From the NCBI GenBank assembly GCA_037189525.1, contig JBBCJC010000001.1, positions 448,001 through 512,000 on the forward strand: DNA of 64,000 nucleotides. The letters run 5' to 3'. The stretch is from Gemmatimonadales bacterium (GTDB lineage: Bacteria; Gemmatimonadota; Gemmatimonadetes; Gemmatimonadales; GWC2-71-9). The notes under the pieces were generated by a model. That model was not told where the DNA came from. It searched no databases and was given only the letters and a program-made list of their open reading frames with translations. Made by a program: the position numbers and the translations under genes. Positions 46,425 through 55,721 of this stretch are shown here, one piece after another; positions within the stretch are counted from its first letter, which is position 1; the number at the start of each line of letters is the position of its first letter.

Positions 46425-46800
46425 GTACCTGCGGCAGTGGTTCGGTCGTTCGCGGATGTGTTAGGGGGCTCACGGCGGCGGCCTCGTTGCCTGCGGCTTC
46501 GGTCAGGTTGTCCGCGGCGCCGGTCAGGTCAGGGAACGGTTCGTTTCAGGATCTCGCGGTGGGGGATACGTAACCCGCGGCGTTGGTCAGGTGACGGACA
46601 GGTGCCGTCACGCGACCCGAGGCGAGTGTCCGGGCATCCGCGGCAAGGGTTCGGGGGCTTGCGGCGGTGTTGGCCTGCCGGAAGCATTTGCTCGGTGAGC
46701 CGAGCCGACCGTCCAACGACCCCCGCGGGTTGTGCGGTTGCTCGCGGCAGCTGTCCCGGTGCTCGCGGCGAGGGCTCGGTTGCTCGCGACCGTACTCGAT
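46425..46800. repeat. Degenerate 21-bp periodic tract
   Basis: GCGG at 46431, 46452, 46493, 46514, 46556, 46577, 46640, 46661, 46744 and 46765. Confidence 0.65.
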
Positions 46801-46881
46801 GATCCAAGGCGATGACGTCGGAATCCACGGCGAGGGATCGGCTTCCCGCGCCTCGGCCTGGACCCCCGCGGAAGCGGCCGA

Positions 46882-46903
46882 TGTCACACCCCTGCCCCAA
46901 CTT
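46882..46903 (+). promoter_or_regulatory. PafBC-type (RecA-NDp-like) promoter motif
   Basis: TGTCAC-ACCCCTGCCC-CAACTT, 43 bp before the lipoprotein ATG. Confidence 0.55.
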
Positions 46904-46946
46904 CTCCGGTGGCCCATCACGATCATCCCTATCCGGAGGAAGACCC

Positions 46947-47447
46947 ATGGTTTCCCGCCATAGCGTCACGCTGTCGGCGCTGCTTCTCACCCTCAGCGGT
47001 TGTGCCACGATCGTCGGCGGCGGCTCCGCCCAGCCCGTGGCGATCCGTTCGACACCGACCACCGCAAACTTCATCGTCACCTCCAGTTCTGGTCTGCAGA
47101 TGGCCCAGGGCACCACGCCGCAGACCATCCGGCTCGCACGGAAGAATGAGTACCAGGTCGAGTTCACAGCACCCGGGTTCCAGCCGCAGAAAGTTGTGCT
47201 GTCACGAGGCACCAACGGGTGGATCTGGGGTAACCTGCTCGTCGGCTGGATCGTCGGCTTCGCGGTCGACTTCGCAACCGGCTCCGCCTACAAGCTCGAA
47301 CCGGCACTCGTGGAGATCACGCTCGTCGGATCGCGCACGGCCTCGGGCGAGGAACAGACCAGCGCCGTGGTCCGGATGCTCGATGGAAAGGGCCGCGTGA
47401 TCAGCAAGGCCGAGGTTCCACTGATTCCGGAGCAGGTAACGCAGTAA
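46947..47447 (+). CDS. Lipoprotein, PEGA-like domain plus hydrophobic hairpin
   Basis: LSGC lipobox, CATIVGG, STP...GTTP and WIWGNLLVGWIVGFAVDFATGSAYKL; GGAGG RBS. Confidence 0.8.
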   Translation: MVSRHSVTLSALLLTLSGCATIVGGGSAQPVAIRSTPTTANFIVTSSSGLQMAQGTTPQTIRLARKNEYQVEFTAPGFQPQKVVLSRGTNGWIWGNLLVGWIVGFAVDFATGSAYKLEPALVEITLVGSRTASGEEQTSAVVRMLDGKGRVISKAEVPLIPEQVTQ

Positions 47448-47549
47448 CGCGGAGCGAGCCATCGAGGGCCGCGCACATGGCGTCGCGCGACCCTCGAGCC
47501 CCTCCTCCCAGTACGAAGCCGTGCAAGGCGAGGAGGCCCATCCCGCTTT

Positions 47550-49112
47550 TCAAGCGGGCCTGAGCACCTCACGCCCCCGTCCTTCGAACCAGCTCCTCTT
47601 CTGGGTGTGGACCGGCAGGAGCCGCTCCGCATTGATCGTCCCGACGACCCACTCCATCCCAGCCGCATGAATGTGGCCGGAGGCATGGAACGGCCCCGCC
47701 TCCGCGCCTGGCAGGCCACCCACGCGTTTCAAATCCCAGAGGTCGAGCCAGGCAGTCAGGCGCTCATGATCGACTTTCTGCTCCTCACCTCGGGCCTCGG
47801 AACTGGAGTAGATGTAGGTACCACCGTTCGGTTCGATGTCGATCAGGTTGGTGATATCCCAGTAGGACAGGCAGAGGATGTAGTCACCTGGCCGACGGCG
47901 GATCGTGGCGGCATCGACGATTGCGTCGGCGAAACCCTCGAGCACCGGGGACTCCCACGCCCCGATCGAGGAGCGCTGCGCCCGGAGAATCCCGACGCCC
48001 GCGCCGGTCTTCGGGATGGCCGGATCGACGACGTGCATCTGTTCGAGCAGGTAGGCATCCTTGGTCGTCACCACGAGCCGGCGCCCGACTTCGGTGGCAA
48101 TCTCGTGGAAGCTGCGGAGACGCTCGATGTTACGGGCCGAGAAGTCGGCGACGACGAGGCCGGGCTCGCGGCGAACGACATCGAGGCAGGCCTCTTTGAC
48201 TTCCTGCTCGGTGGTCGGCTCCTTCGAGGAGAGGTTCGTACCCTCGACGATGAGCAGCGCGGGTTTGAGCGCGGCCATCTCCTCAGCCATCCGCCTGGTC
48301 CGCCAGCCGGAGTGGCCGTGGAGGCGGATGTCGCCGGTATAACAGATCCAGCCGATGGGGGTGTTGACCGCCCAGGCGCCGGAGCCGGGAATCGAGTGAT
48401 CCACCCGGAAGAAGCGAAGCTTGTCGGGGTCGAGTTTGCAGTGGTCGAACGCCGCCGGCTGGTACACAGTTTTGGGGCCAGGCACGCTGCCAAAGAACGG
48501 CTCCAAGGCGAGCTTCGCAGCGCGAATGGCGTCGTCGTGCTCGGCGATGAAATGCGGGCGGCCTGCGCGGGAGGCAGGCTTGACGGCTTCGAGCAAACCC
48601 GACTTGCCCACCGTCTTGGGCGCAACGTAGCAGTATTGCGCCTCCGGGCCGCCACCGCCGATGTCCTGCATTGCCTTGCCGATCAAGGCGGTCATCAGAC
48701 CGGTGTACACCGGAATCTCGGGCTTCAGAAAGCCGAGACAGCCGTTGTGGTCCTGGTGCGCATGGGACAGCAACACGGCGTCGAGACCATCGAGCTTGCG
48801 GTATGACGAATGCCCGTGATACCGGCTCCAGAGATCCGGCTCGAGGCGGAGGTCGTCGCGATAGATGCCCTCGACCGGCGGCAGCAAGCCCACCGCGAGG
48901 AAGTCCCGGAGGCCGACCGCGGCGCGCGGGCTCAGGAACTCATCGAAGTACTTCCCGTTCCGTGCGAAGCTGGTGCCGAAGTCGAGGAAATACTTCCGAT
49001 CGGCAAACTCGAGGAGAATCTTGTTGCCGCCGATCTCGCCGGCGTCTCCGTCAGCGCCGAGGCCGCCGAAGACCGTGACGGCCAGATCGTCACCTACGGT
49101 ATAGCGACTCAT
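47550..49112 (-). CDS. MBL-fold/beta-CASP nuclease, RNase J-like
   Basis: EIGGN, LDFG, SHAHQDH, VDHSIPG, YTGDIRLHG, EGT, HASGH and PVHT. Confidence 0.85.
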   Translation of the reverse strand: MSRYTVGDDLAVTVFGGLGADGDAGEIGGNKILLEFADRKYFLDFGTSFARNGKYFDEFLSPRAAVGLRDFLAVGLLPPVEGIYRDDLRLEPDLWSRYHGHSSYRKLDGLDAVLLSHAHQDHNGCLGFLKPEIPVYTGLMTALIGKAMQDIGGGGPEAQYCYVAPKTVGKSGLLEAVKPASRAGRPHFIAEHDDAIRAAKLALEPFFGSVPGPKTVYQPAAFDHCKLDPDKLRFFRVDHSIPGSGAWAVNTPIGWICYTGDIRLHGHSGWRTRRMAEEMAALKPALLIVEGTNLSSKEPTTEQEVKEACLDVVRREPGLVVADFSARNIERLRSFHEIATEVGRRLVVTTKDAYLLEQMHVVDPAIPKTGAGVGILRAQRSSIGAWESPVLEGFADAIVDAATIRRRPGDYILCLSYWDITNLIDIEPNGGTYIYSSSEARGEEQKVDHERLTAWLDLWDLKRVGGLPGAEAGPFHASGHIHAAGMEWVVGTINAERLLPVHTQKRSWFEGRGREVLRPA

Positions 49113-50005
49113 GCCAGGGCTCTCCGCACCGCGGTTCGATAGCGTTCCGGCGACACGACCTCGGCGTCCGGCCCGTGGTCGAGCACTCGTCGCACCAGCC
49201 ACGCTTCGTTCGCCACCGCCAGCTCGACCTCGACTCGGCCGTCGCCCAGCACCCGATGATTGGGATACCGGGCCTGGACCCAGCGCGCGATGCCCGGGGC
49301 GAACCGGACGGTCACGGTTTCCAGCACATCGGGCGAGGCGCGGAACAGGTCGGCGGGTTCGACGACCTCACGGTAGTCGGCGCGCGGTTCGAAGCTCCCG
49401 CCGGTGACGCGCACGGCCGACGCGCGATCGAGCCGGAAGTGCCGCCATCCTTCGGCGGTCCAGGCAATCAGGTAGACCCGACCGCGATACTCGACGGTCC
49501 CATGCGGCAGGATGCTCCAGGTCCGAACGGCCTCCTCACCTTCCCCGGCATAGTCGAGGGCAATCTCGCGGCGGTCCTCAACCGCTTGCTCCACCGTCCG
49601 TCGCATCGCGTCGGACTCGCCATACTCCTCCGCGGGAGACGTTCTGCCCGCCATTGCCCGGTCGAGGCGGTCGGCAAGCCGAGCACCGTCGGGATCGCCC
49701 ATCAGCGCGACCTGGAGGGCGCATCGCTCCATCGGGGTGAGCACGAGCGGGCGCCGGAACGGCCCGCCGCTCGAGACGCTGAGCTGATCGTCCTGCTGCC
49801 AGACCGAGAGACTCAGAAGCCAGTCGTCGGCGGAGTGCTCACCGAGGGCGGTGAGGGTCCGGATATCAGAGGCGATTGTCTTCGGCGTCACGCCGAGCGA
49901 TGCGGCGACCTCGGCCAGGGTGGCGGCCTCCTGTCCGCGGCGCTCCCGGCGGCCCAGTTCGGCCACCATCTGGACGATCCGGGTGAGTTGCTTTGCGGCG
50001 CTCAT
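49109..50005 (-). CDS. HTH-WYL-WCX regulator, PafC-like
   Basis: HTH LAEVAASLGVTPKTIASDI, FRRPLVLT, YLIAW...RHFRLDR and WLVRRVLDHGPDAEVVSP. Confidence 0.88.
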   Translation of the reverse strand: MSAAKQLTRIVQMVAELGRRERRGQEAATLAEVAASLGVTPKTIASDIRTLTALGEHSADDWLLSLSVWQQDDQLSVSSGGPFRRPLVLTPMERCALQVALMGDPDGARLADRLDRAMAGRTSPAEEYGESDAMRRTVEQAVEDRREIALDYAGEGEEAVRTWSILPHGTVEYRGRVYLIAWTAEGWRHFRLDRASAVRVTGGSFEPRADYREVVEPADLFRASPDVLETVTVRFAPGIARWVQARYPNHRVLGDGRVEVELAVANEAWLVRRVLDHGPDAEVVSPERYRTAVRRALA

Positions 50006-51045
50006 CGGTCGGCTCCGTAGACCGCGGCGACCTGTTCACGCAGTGCGCCCAGCTCGGCTGCGAGGGTGGCGGGTTCCTCGATGCGAAGCTTGCTACCGAG
50101 CGAGAGGGCCCAGCGGAGGAAGGCCGGCCTGTCGCGAACGGTCATTTCGAGCGTGGCACCTCCACTATCGGTCTGACCCACCAGTGGCCTCCCGAGCTTG
50201 CGATTGACCGCCCAGCCCGCGGCGGGACCTTCGATCCGGACCCGGGCGGCCGTGGCGGGGCCGCCGCCCCACTCCCAGGGCGCCCGGCCGATCAGGCTCC
50301 GGACGTCGAAATCCTTGCGGGGCTGGAAGTCTGCACCGAGCGGCTCGACCTCATCGAGACTGTCGACGGGAAGGATCACGGCGTGATCACGGTCGCGATC
50401 CCAGCCAGCACAGTACCAGCGGCCCCACTGAAACAGCAAGCCATAGGGGTCGAACCGGACCTGACCGGGCTCGGGCGCACCAAGGGACCAATGTCGGCAG
50501 GTTACCGCGCGGTTAGCCGTTACCGCGTCCTGGAGGGCGGCGAGGGCCTTGGCGGTGCCGGTACCGAGCGAGTTGGCGAGGACCCGCTGGGCAGCGAGGG
50601 GTTCGAGGGGGAGATCGAACTCGAGCTTTCTGCGGAGCGACCTGGCGGCGTCGGCCCAGCCGGTCTCGGGCTGCTGGGCGAGCCGGCGGGTGGCCCGGTC
50701 GAGGAGGTCGAGCTCGTCGGTCGAGAGCTCGAGCGAACGGAGCGACCCGTAGGGGCGTTCGGGGGCGGTTTCGCCGGCCAGCTCGAGCTGGGGCAGGTAG
50801 ATCCCTTCTGCACGGAGGCGATAGCCGGGGACGCCGGATTCGTCCCGGGCGGGGACGGAGTCGATCCGGATGCCGAGGGATTCCAGGTCGGCCTTGTCTC
50901 GCTCGAACTTGCGGCGGGCGGATTCCTCGTCCTGGCCCTGGTAGCCGCGGACCTTGCTGAAGATCTGGGCCCGGGTGACGCCGAAGCGGTGATGGAGGAG
51001 GAAGGCGAGGAGGTCCATCCATCGGGCGGTCTTTTCAGCAGTCAC
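50002..51045 (-). CDS. HTH-WYL-WCX regulator, PafB-like
   Basis: RWMDLLAFLL, RRKFERDKADLESLGI, GYRL, DPYGL...GRWYCAGWD and WALSLG; GTG start inferred. Confidence 0.88.
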   Translation of the reverse strand: MTAEKTARWMDLLAFLLHHRFGVTRAQIFSKVRGYQGQDEESARRKFERDKADLESLGIRIDSVPARDESGVPGYRLRAEGIYLPQLELAGETAPERPYGSLRSLELSTDELDLLDRATRRLAQQPETGWADAARSLRRKLEFDLPLEPLAAQRVLANSLGTGTAKALAALQDAVTANRAVTCRHWSLGAPEPGQVRFDPYGLLFQWGRWYCAGWDRDRDHAVILPVDSLDEVEPLGADFQPRKDFDVRSLIGRAPWEWGGGPATAARVRIEGPAAGWAVNRKLGRPLVGQTDSGGATLEMTVRDRPAFLRWALSLGSKLRIEEPATLAAELGALREQVAAVYGADR

Positions 51046-51108
51046 ACAGCGGCTTCCGGTAAATGGCGGAGTGGCGAGTAGGCCTTGTATCGATTGACTA
51101 TCACTCAG

Positions 51109-51130
51109 AATGTAGCGATCGGGTGTGACA
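51109..51130 (-). promoter_or_regulatory. PafBC-type (RecA-NDp-like) promoter motif
   Basis: Minus strand reads TGTCAC-ACCCGATCGC-TACATT, upstream of the PafB-like gene. Confidence 0.6.
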
Positions 51131-51176
51131 GCGATCCAAGCAACGAAAGACGTGACGGTCTCAAAGGAAGGATCAC

Positions 51177-54100
51177 CTACAGAAGCGGCCATGGATCGGG
51201 TATCTGATCGGAATCCCACGCGATGGCTTTCAGGTTTGGATGTCTTGGCTCATCCATAGCACGACCAATCTCCACTCTACCGAGCTCGATTCTGAGAAGG
51301 ACCTGCCTTGCACTTTCAGTTCGATTAGTGTCATCTAGGACTAAGGATAGCAACCTTTCACGAAGAGCATTAAAGGTACGCGGCACGATGGTATACGCCC
51401 CCCGGTCGCCGTACGGAAGATTTGTCGTCGAGGCCTCCTCCAGCAACTTTGACACCCCATAGGGGATGGGGTTCGGCGCTCGATCCCTGAGCAAGTCGCA
51501 TGCACCCAGAGCGGCGCCATCTCCTCCATGACGAAGGAGGATCCTACCCAAGAGGTCCCGCCCGTGCGGCGTATCGACTTCGTGAGCTTGTTGCGCAATT
51601 GTTGCGAACCGTCCGGGGTCACCGCCAATCATCCGGGCCGCCCCTCGACTGAGAGCGTCGTAGTAGTCATTCGTGCCGAGCGAGGTGCCTCCTTCGTCGC
51701 ATGCAACCTCGACTTCAGCTAGTACACATTGCCACCCTAAAGCGGATCTACTAACTGAAATCGCCTCGACGATGTTCGGCGCAAACCACGCCTTTCGCGA
51801 CGTTCTCCCGAGGATCTCCACCAACAACGACACCGCAGACTCCGCTCGGCACTGGCCAAGAATCCCGACAATGTCTCGAATATTGGTACCAACACGCTGT
51901 AAGTTTAGTCCGCGAATCATCGTTACGCCCGAGTCCGGGTCGTCTGACAAGAGCTGAACTGTCAAGCAGCGAACACCAAACCACCAGGGATCAGCACTTG
52001 AGCTTACTTGATCGATGCCAATTCGCCTGATAAGCCGGCCAACAAACTCTGTCGTTTCCTCAGCTGGCAGCCTGAACCCTTCTTGGAGCATTGTGACAAG
52101 GCCGTCAACTACACCCCACTCGCAACCGTCCACCGCACCGCATCGAAACAGCACCGGCAAGGCAGCCGCATGACGCATCCTTCCTAAGGCTCGGGCGCCC
52201 TCGCCCAGCCCATGTGGAAATGGCTCAGTCGCTCCATTTGCTCGCAGATCAAGGTGTTTAGACAAGGCCGTCATGATGAAGGGCGCGAAGGAAGCCGTTC
52301 TAGTGGATTGAACCGTACCATCAGGCATTCTACCCGCGTCCCTTGTCTCCCGCCTGCTGAATGCAAGGTCAAAATCACTTGCTCTGCGAAGCGATTTGTC
52401 TAACCCACCAAGCTCCGGCACCTCAATCGAGGCGAGCGCAGCGCTCGCATCTCCGAAATACTCTGGGTCGTCCAGTAGGCGGACTAAGTGATCAATCGCT
52501 CCTTCAGAGCGAAGCCGACGGAGAGCTCCGCAGTAATAGTTGGTCGTTGAGAAGCGCCCTCGTCCGCTGCCTTGTCGCTCCACGACCGCCTGACATCGAT
52601 CCCTCCTATCCCATTCCACAATCACCGTCTCATCACCGGCCTGACCGCACTCCGCCAACAATGTGGCCAACCTTGCCCGTTGGTGGCGCGGAAGGGAACC
52701 GTCTGCATCGTATCGCTCTCCGATCCCAAGCGTGAGCGCCCTTAGCCCCTTTCGAGTAGTCTCGTCGAGTTCCTCAGCCGCAGCCATCGGACCACTCGGC
52801 CCGACCAATCCCAGGACGAGGTCGATCTCAGCTAGGGCCTTAGGTGCGTTGCCTGGCCCTAAGACTGCGGCGGCCCGAACGGTCAGGGGTTGCTCTCGAA
52901 GCTCATAGAGGAGGCCCTCATCCGGACGACTCCCCGCCTCGTCGTCTGCTCCCACCCCGCTCTCACGGACTTCCCTAATTCGTTGGAAGACAATGCCTGC
53001 AATAGCGGTCGGGGCTATAGCCCACAGTGGGGCAAGCCGCCGATGCACCTCCACCTGGTTCAACTTGGCACTGACTACCTCATGACATATCCCCTGGATG
53101 TCTGACTCATCAATGAACTGTCTGAAGAATGTCCATTGATCGGTTAGATCATCACCCCCACGAATACGATCAATTGCGACCGCTCTCGCCCACTTGGGAT
53201 TCAGTGTTGCCAACGCTTCAAGGGTCGCTCCGCCCCGACGCTCCCCAGGGAACACGCTCGTGTAAGCTTCGAGCTCTGGGCCAAACTCGCGCCCCCCGAG
53301 ATCGAACAAGATCCTCACGAGATCAATCCGACTTGGTACGGATGGTACCCGTGCAACAACCTCCGCAATAGTGGGGCGAAGAGCCTCTAGCTCCTCCATC
53401 GGCAGCCACGCCACCAACCGCCCAGCGCTGGGTAGGTCCCACACATCAGACTCAGGACCTAGAAAAGATGCTGCCAGGCGACCCTCTCCAACAAACGCCA
53501 ACGCTTCGATGGCAGACGCCCTTGCTCCAACGTCCAGCACCCCGCGAATGAACTCGACCAGCTCTGGTAGCTCGGCGGGAACCCCGTGTCGGATCATCTC
53601 ACCCACCAGCAAGCTTCGCGGCGCGGGAGCAGTAAGCCTTAGTTCTTCACCCCAGTCGACGCCTAGCGATCGCAACGAAAGTTGCGGGAAGAGCCTCAAT
53701 GCGCGAAGCTGCACTTGCGGGTCGGGATGGGTAAGCTCCGGCCGCACTACGTCGGCTAGACCTGGCGCGCCGGTAGCGAGCATTCCCGCGAACGCATATT
53801 CCCTTTCTTCGTCTGACGAGCGGCTCCAGATCATACGTAAAAGCATTTCAATTCTCGGCCCAATATTTGACCACACGGCAGTGCCAGCAACCCGCGCGAG
53901 CGATGAAGCCGCAACAAGGTCAACCGTTGCCATCCGATCGATCAGGTCGACAACAATGCTACGGACCGGTCCGCTCCCTGAAGCGTTCCTTGCCCGCTCG
54001 CACAGCAGCAGCAACGCGTCGCCCCACGCCACCGCGTTGACGACCCTCCAAAGAAACTCCGAGCTACTTCCCCCGCCTTGAACACTGGACTGACGAACCA

Positions 54101-55634
54101 GCCAGTGCGACGCAAACCAGGACTGGAGCAACTCGTGGCGGAATCGGACTACATCTGACCCCTCAGTGCCCGGTTGAAGAACGTGATGGCGACGGAGTGC
54201 GGCAAGAACCTCCAAAGCGTCAGGAACTGCTCCGATAAGTGCACGGCCTTGCAGCACAGAGCTTGTTTCCGCTACGACGCTCCGCGCGCGCTCTAGCGAG
54301 AGGCTGGCGCCTCCTTGTTCAGCTATTGCTGCTGCGAGGTCCTCCAAGTAATGCCGATGGTAACCACGGCACACGTCAGCAAGAACGCTTACATGCTCAT
54401 GGCGCTCCTCAAGATTGATGATTGCTCCGAGAAGTTCGTCCGCGGACTTCGGAACGCCGCCTCGCTCAGCAGCAACGCTAATCGCCGCGCGCGCGAAAAG
54501 CGGAAGTCTGGTTAGCGCGTCCACCACATGATCACGATCCAATGCATCTGCCACTGAGTCTGCATTCTCGGTGAGCGACAGACGCGCAAGTCGACGCCGT
54601 TCGCCACGAGTGAGGGGACGGAGCGATAATGTCTCACCCCGCGGAAGGACAGGAGCATCGACAACCTCTCGCGTTGTGATGAGGACTGCAGCGTTATTGA
54701 CTCGACGCAGCAGAGTCCGCAACTGGAGATCAGCCGTGCTGCGCTTCGAATCCCAAATCTCATTCCAACCGTTCAGCAGAATGGCAACGCTGCCGGACGC
54801 ATCCAGCTCGACCAGTTCCTCTTCCGAGATGTCTAGCTCGGCCGAGACGTATTTTGCAATTGTGGCTTCCCCTGCGCTCCATTCGGCCAAAGATATGGCC
54901 ACCGGAACTGGCCCATCGGTGAGGTTCAGGATTTCGTCCAAAAGTCGTGCGAGTAGGGTTGTCTTCCCTGCTCCGCCGGGCCCAGTAACAACTAGCTGGC
55001 GGCCAACACGAATCGCAGCGGCCAATTCCGCCACTCCAAGACTTCGGCGTTCCGAGTCTGGGGACGTGATCTCACAGTTGCCGTCAATTGATCGCGGACC
55101 GTCATAGCCAACCGATTTTTGCCAGCGGCGGATACGATCTCCAGCGAGAGTACGGACGCGCTCGATTAGGGGAGTCTTAACTTCTCCTAGCTCAAGGTAG
55201 CGAGTGCCAATCCAAGCGTTGGCAGGCCGCTGCAACTCTGTCACCAAGCCCTCTCGACTGATAACCTCGAGGTCGTGCCCTAGCTCATCGCTTATTTCCT
55301 TCTTCCAGTTGTCAACTTTCAAGCGTTGCACTGGTTTTGCAGTAACAAAAACGACGATGTCTGGATTTACACCTCGCTCTCGAATTCTGCGGCAGTCATT
55401 CCTGACCTTGGTTAGCGTCGCCGTCAACGAGCAGGCGAGCGACACGCGCTTGCCAGCTTCGCCGACCAGCAAAGTAAAGCCATCCTCACCTCCATCGTGT
55501 TGCCATTCAGGCATCACAAGGCCGGGGAAGAGCCCCTTCGCAACCTGGAACGCCAACAGCTGAAAGTCGTTTGCGCGCCCGCGCTCCACAAGAAGGTCGA
55601 GGGCCGCAACGATCTCTTCGCGGCTATGCATCAT
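51177..55634 (-). CDS. STAND/NACHT NTPase with a putative restriction-endonuclease-like N-terminal effector and a helical-repeat C-terminus (NLR/Avs-like)
   Basis: DGGEDG N-terminal motif, Walker A GPGGAGKTT, LLNGWNE, LITTR, PLF and RFRHELLQSWFA; atypical codon usage. Confidence 0.8.
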   Translation of the reverse strand: MMHSREEIVAALDLLVERGRANDFQLLAFQVAKGLFPGLVMPEWQHDGGEDGFTLLVGEAGKRVSLACSLTATLTKVRNDCRRIRERGVNPDIVVFVTAKPVQRLKVDNWKKEISDELGHDLEVISREGLVTELQRPANAWIGTRYLELGEVKTPLIERVRTLAGDRIRRWQKSVGYDGPRSIDGNCEITSPDSERRSLGVAELAAAIRVGRQLVVTGPGGAGKTTLLARLLDEILNLTDGPVPVAISLAEWSAGEATIAKYVSAELDISEEELVELDASGSVAILLNGWNEIWDSKRSTADLQLRTLLRRVNNAAVLITTREVVDAPVLPRGETLSLRPLTRGERRRLARLSLTENADSVADALDRDHVVDALTRLPLFARAAISVAAERGGVPKSADELLGAIINLEERHEHVSVLADVCRGYHRHYLEDLAAAIAEQGGASLSLERARSVVAETSSVLQGRALIGAVPDALEVLAALRRHHVLQPGTEGSDVVRFRHELLQSWFASHWLVRQSSVQGGGSSSEFLWRVVNAVAWGDALLLLCERARNASGSGPVRSIVVDLIDRMATVDLVAASSLARVAGTAVWSNIGPRIEMLLRMIWSRSSDEEREYAFAGMLATGAPGLADVVRPELTHPDPQVQLRALRLFPQLSLRSLGVDWGEELRLTAPAPRSLLVGEMIRHGVPAELPELVEFIRGVLDVGARASAIEALAFVGEGRLAASFLGPESDVWDLPSAGRLVAWLPMEELEALRPTIAEVVARVPSVPSRIDLVRILFDLGGREFGPELEAYTSVFPGERRGGATLEALATLNPKWARAVAIDRIRGGDDLTDQWTFFRQFIDESDIQGICHEVVSAKLNQVEVHRRLAPLWAIAPTAIAGIVFQRIREVRESGVGADDEAGSRPDEGLLYELREQPLTVRAAAVLGPGNAPKALAEIDLVLGLVGPSGPMAAAEELDETTRKGLRALTLGIGERYDADGSLPRHQRARLATLLAECGQAGDETVIVEWDRRDRCQAVVERQGSGRGRFSTTNYYCGALRRLRSEGAIDHLVRLLDDPEYFGDASAALASIEVPELGGLDKSLRRASDFDLAFSRRETRDAGRMPDGTVQSTRTASFAPFIMTALSKHLDLRANGATEPFPHGLGEGARALGRMRHAAALPVLFRCGAVDGCEWGVVDGLVTMLQEGFRLPAEETTEFVGRLIRRIGIDQVSSSADPWWFGVRCLTVQLLSDDPDSGVTMIRGLNLQRVGTNIRDIVGILGQCRAESAVSLLVEILGRTSRKAWFAPNIVEAISVSRSALGWQCVLAEVEVACDEGGTSLGTNDYYDALSRGAARMIGGDPGRFATIAQQAHEVDTPHGRDLLGRILLRHGGDGAALGACDLLRDRAPNPIPYGVSKLLEEASTTNLPYGDRGAYTIVPRTFNALRERLLSLVLDDTNRTESARQVLLRIELGRVEIGRAMDEPRHPNLKAIAWDSDQIPDPWPLL

Positions 55635-55721
55635 TCTCGGTTAGTACCGACTGGGATCCCTAGGAACCCCAGATTGGCAAACCAAAAGTGAAAAACATCG
55701 CTCCAACCCCGAGCCCGGCAT

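Noticed and set aside
46882..51130. TGT...ACA inverted repeats as transposon ends
   Set aside because: The repeat is only 10 bp, the flanks (GCCGA vs GCGAT) are not a target-site duplication, and there is no transposase. The fixed spacing to a -10 element fits promoters better.
51046..51176. tRNA or att site at the defence island boundary
   Set aside because: No cloverleaf or direct repeat is recognisable, and the other island end lies outside the window.
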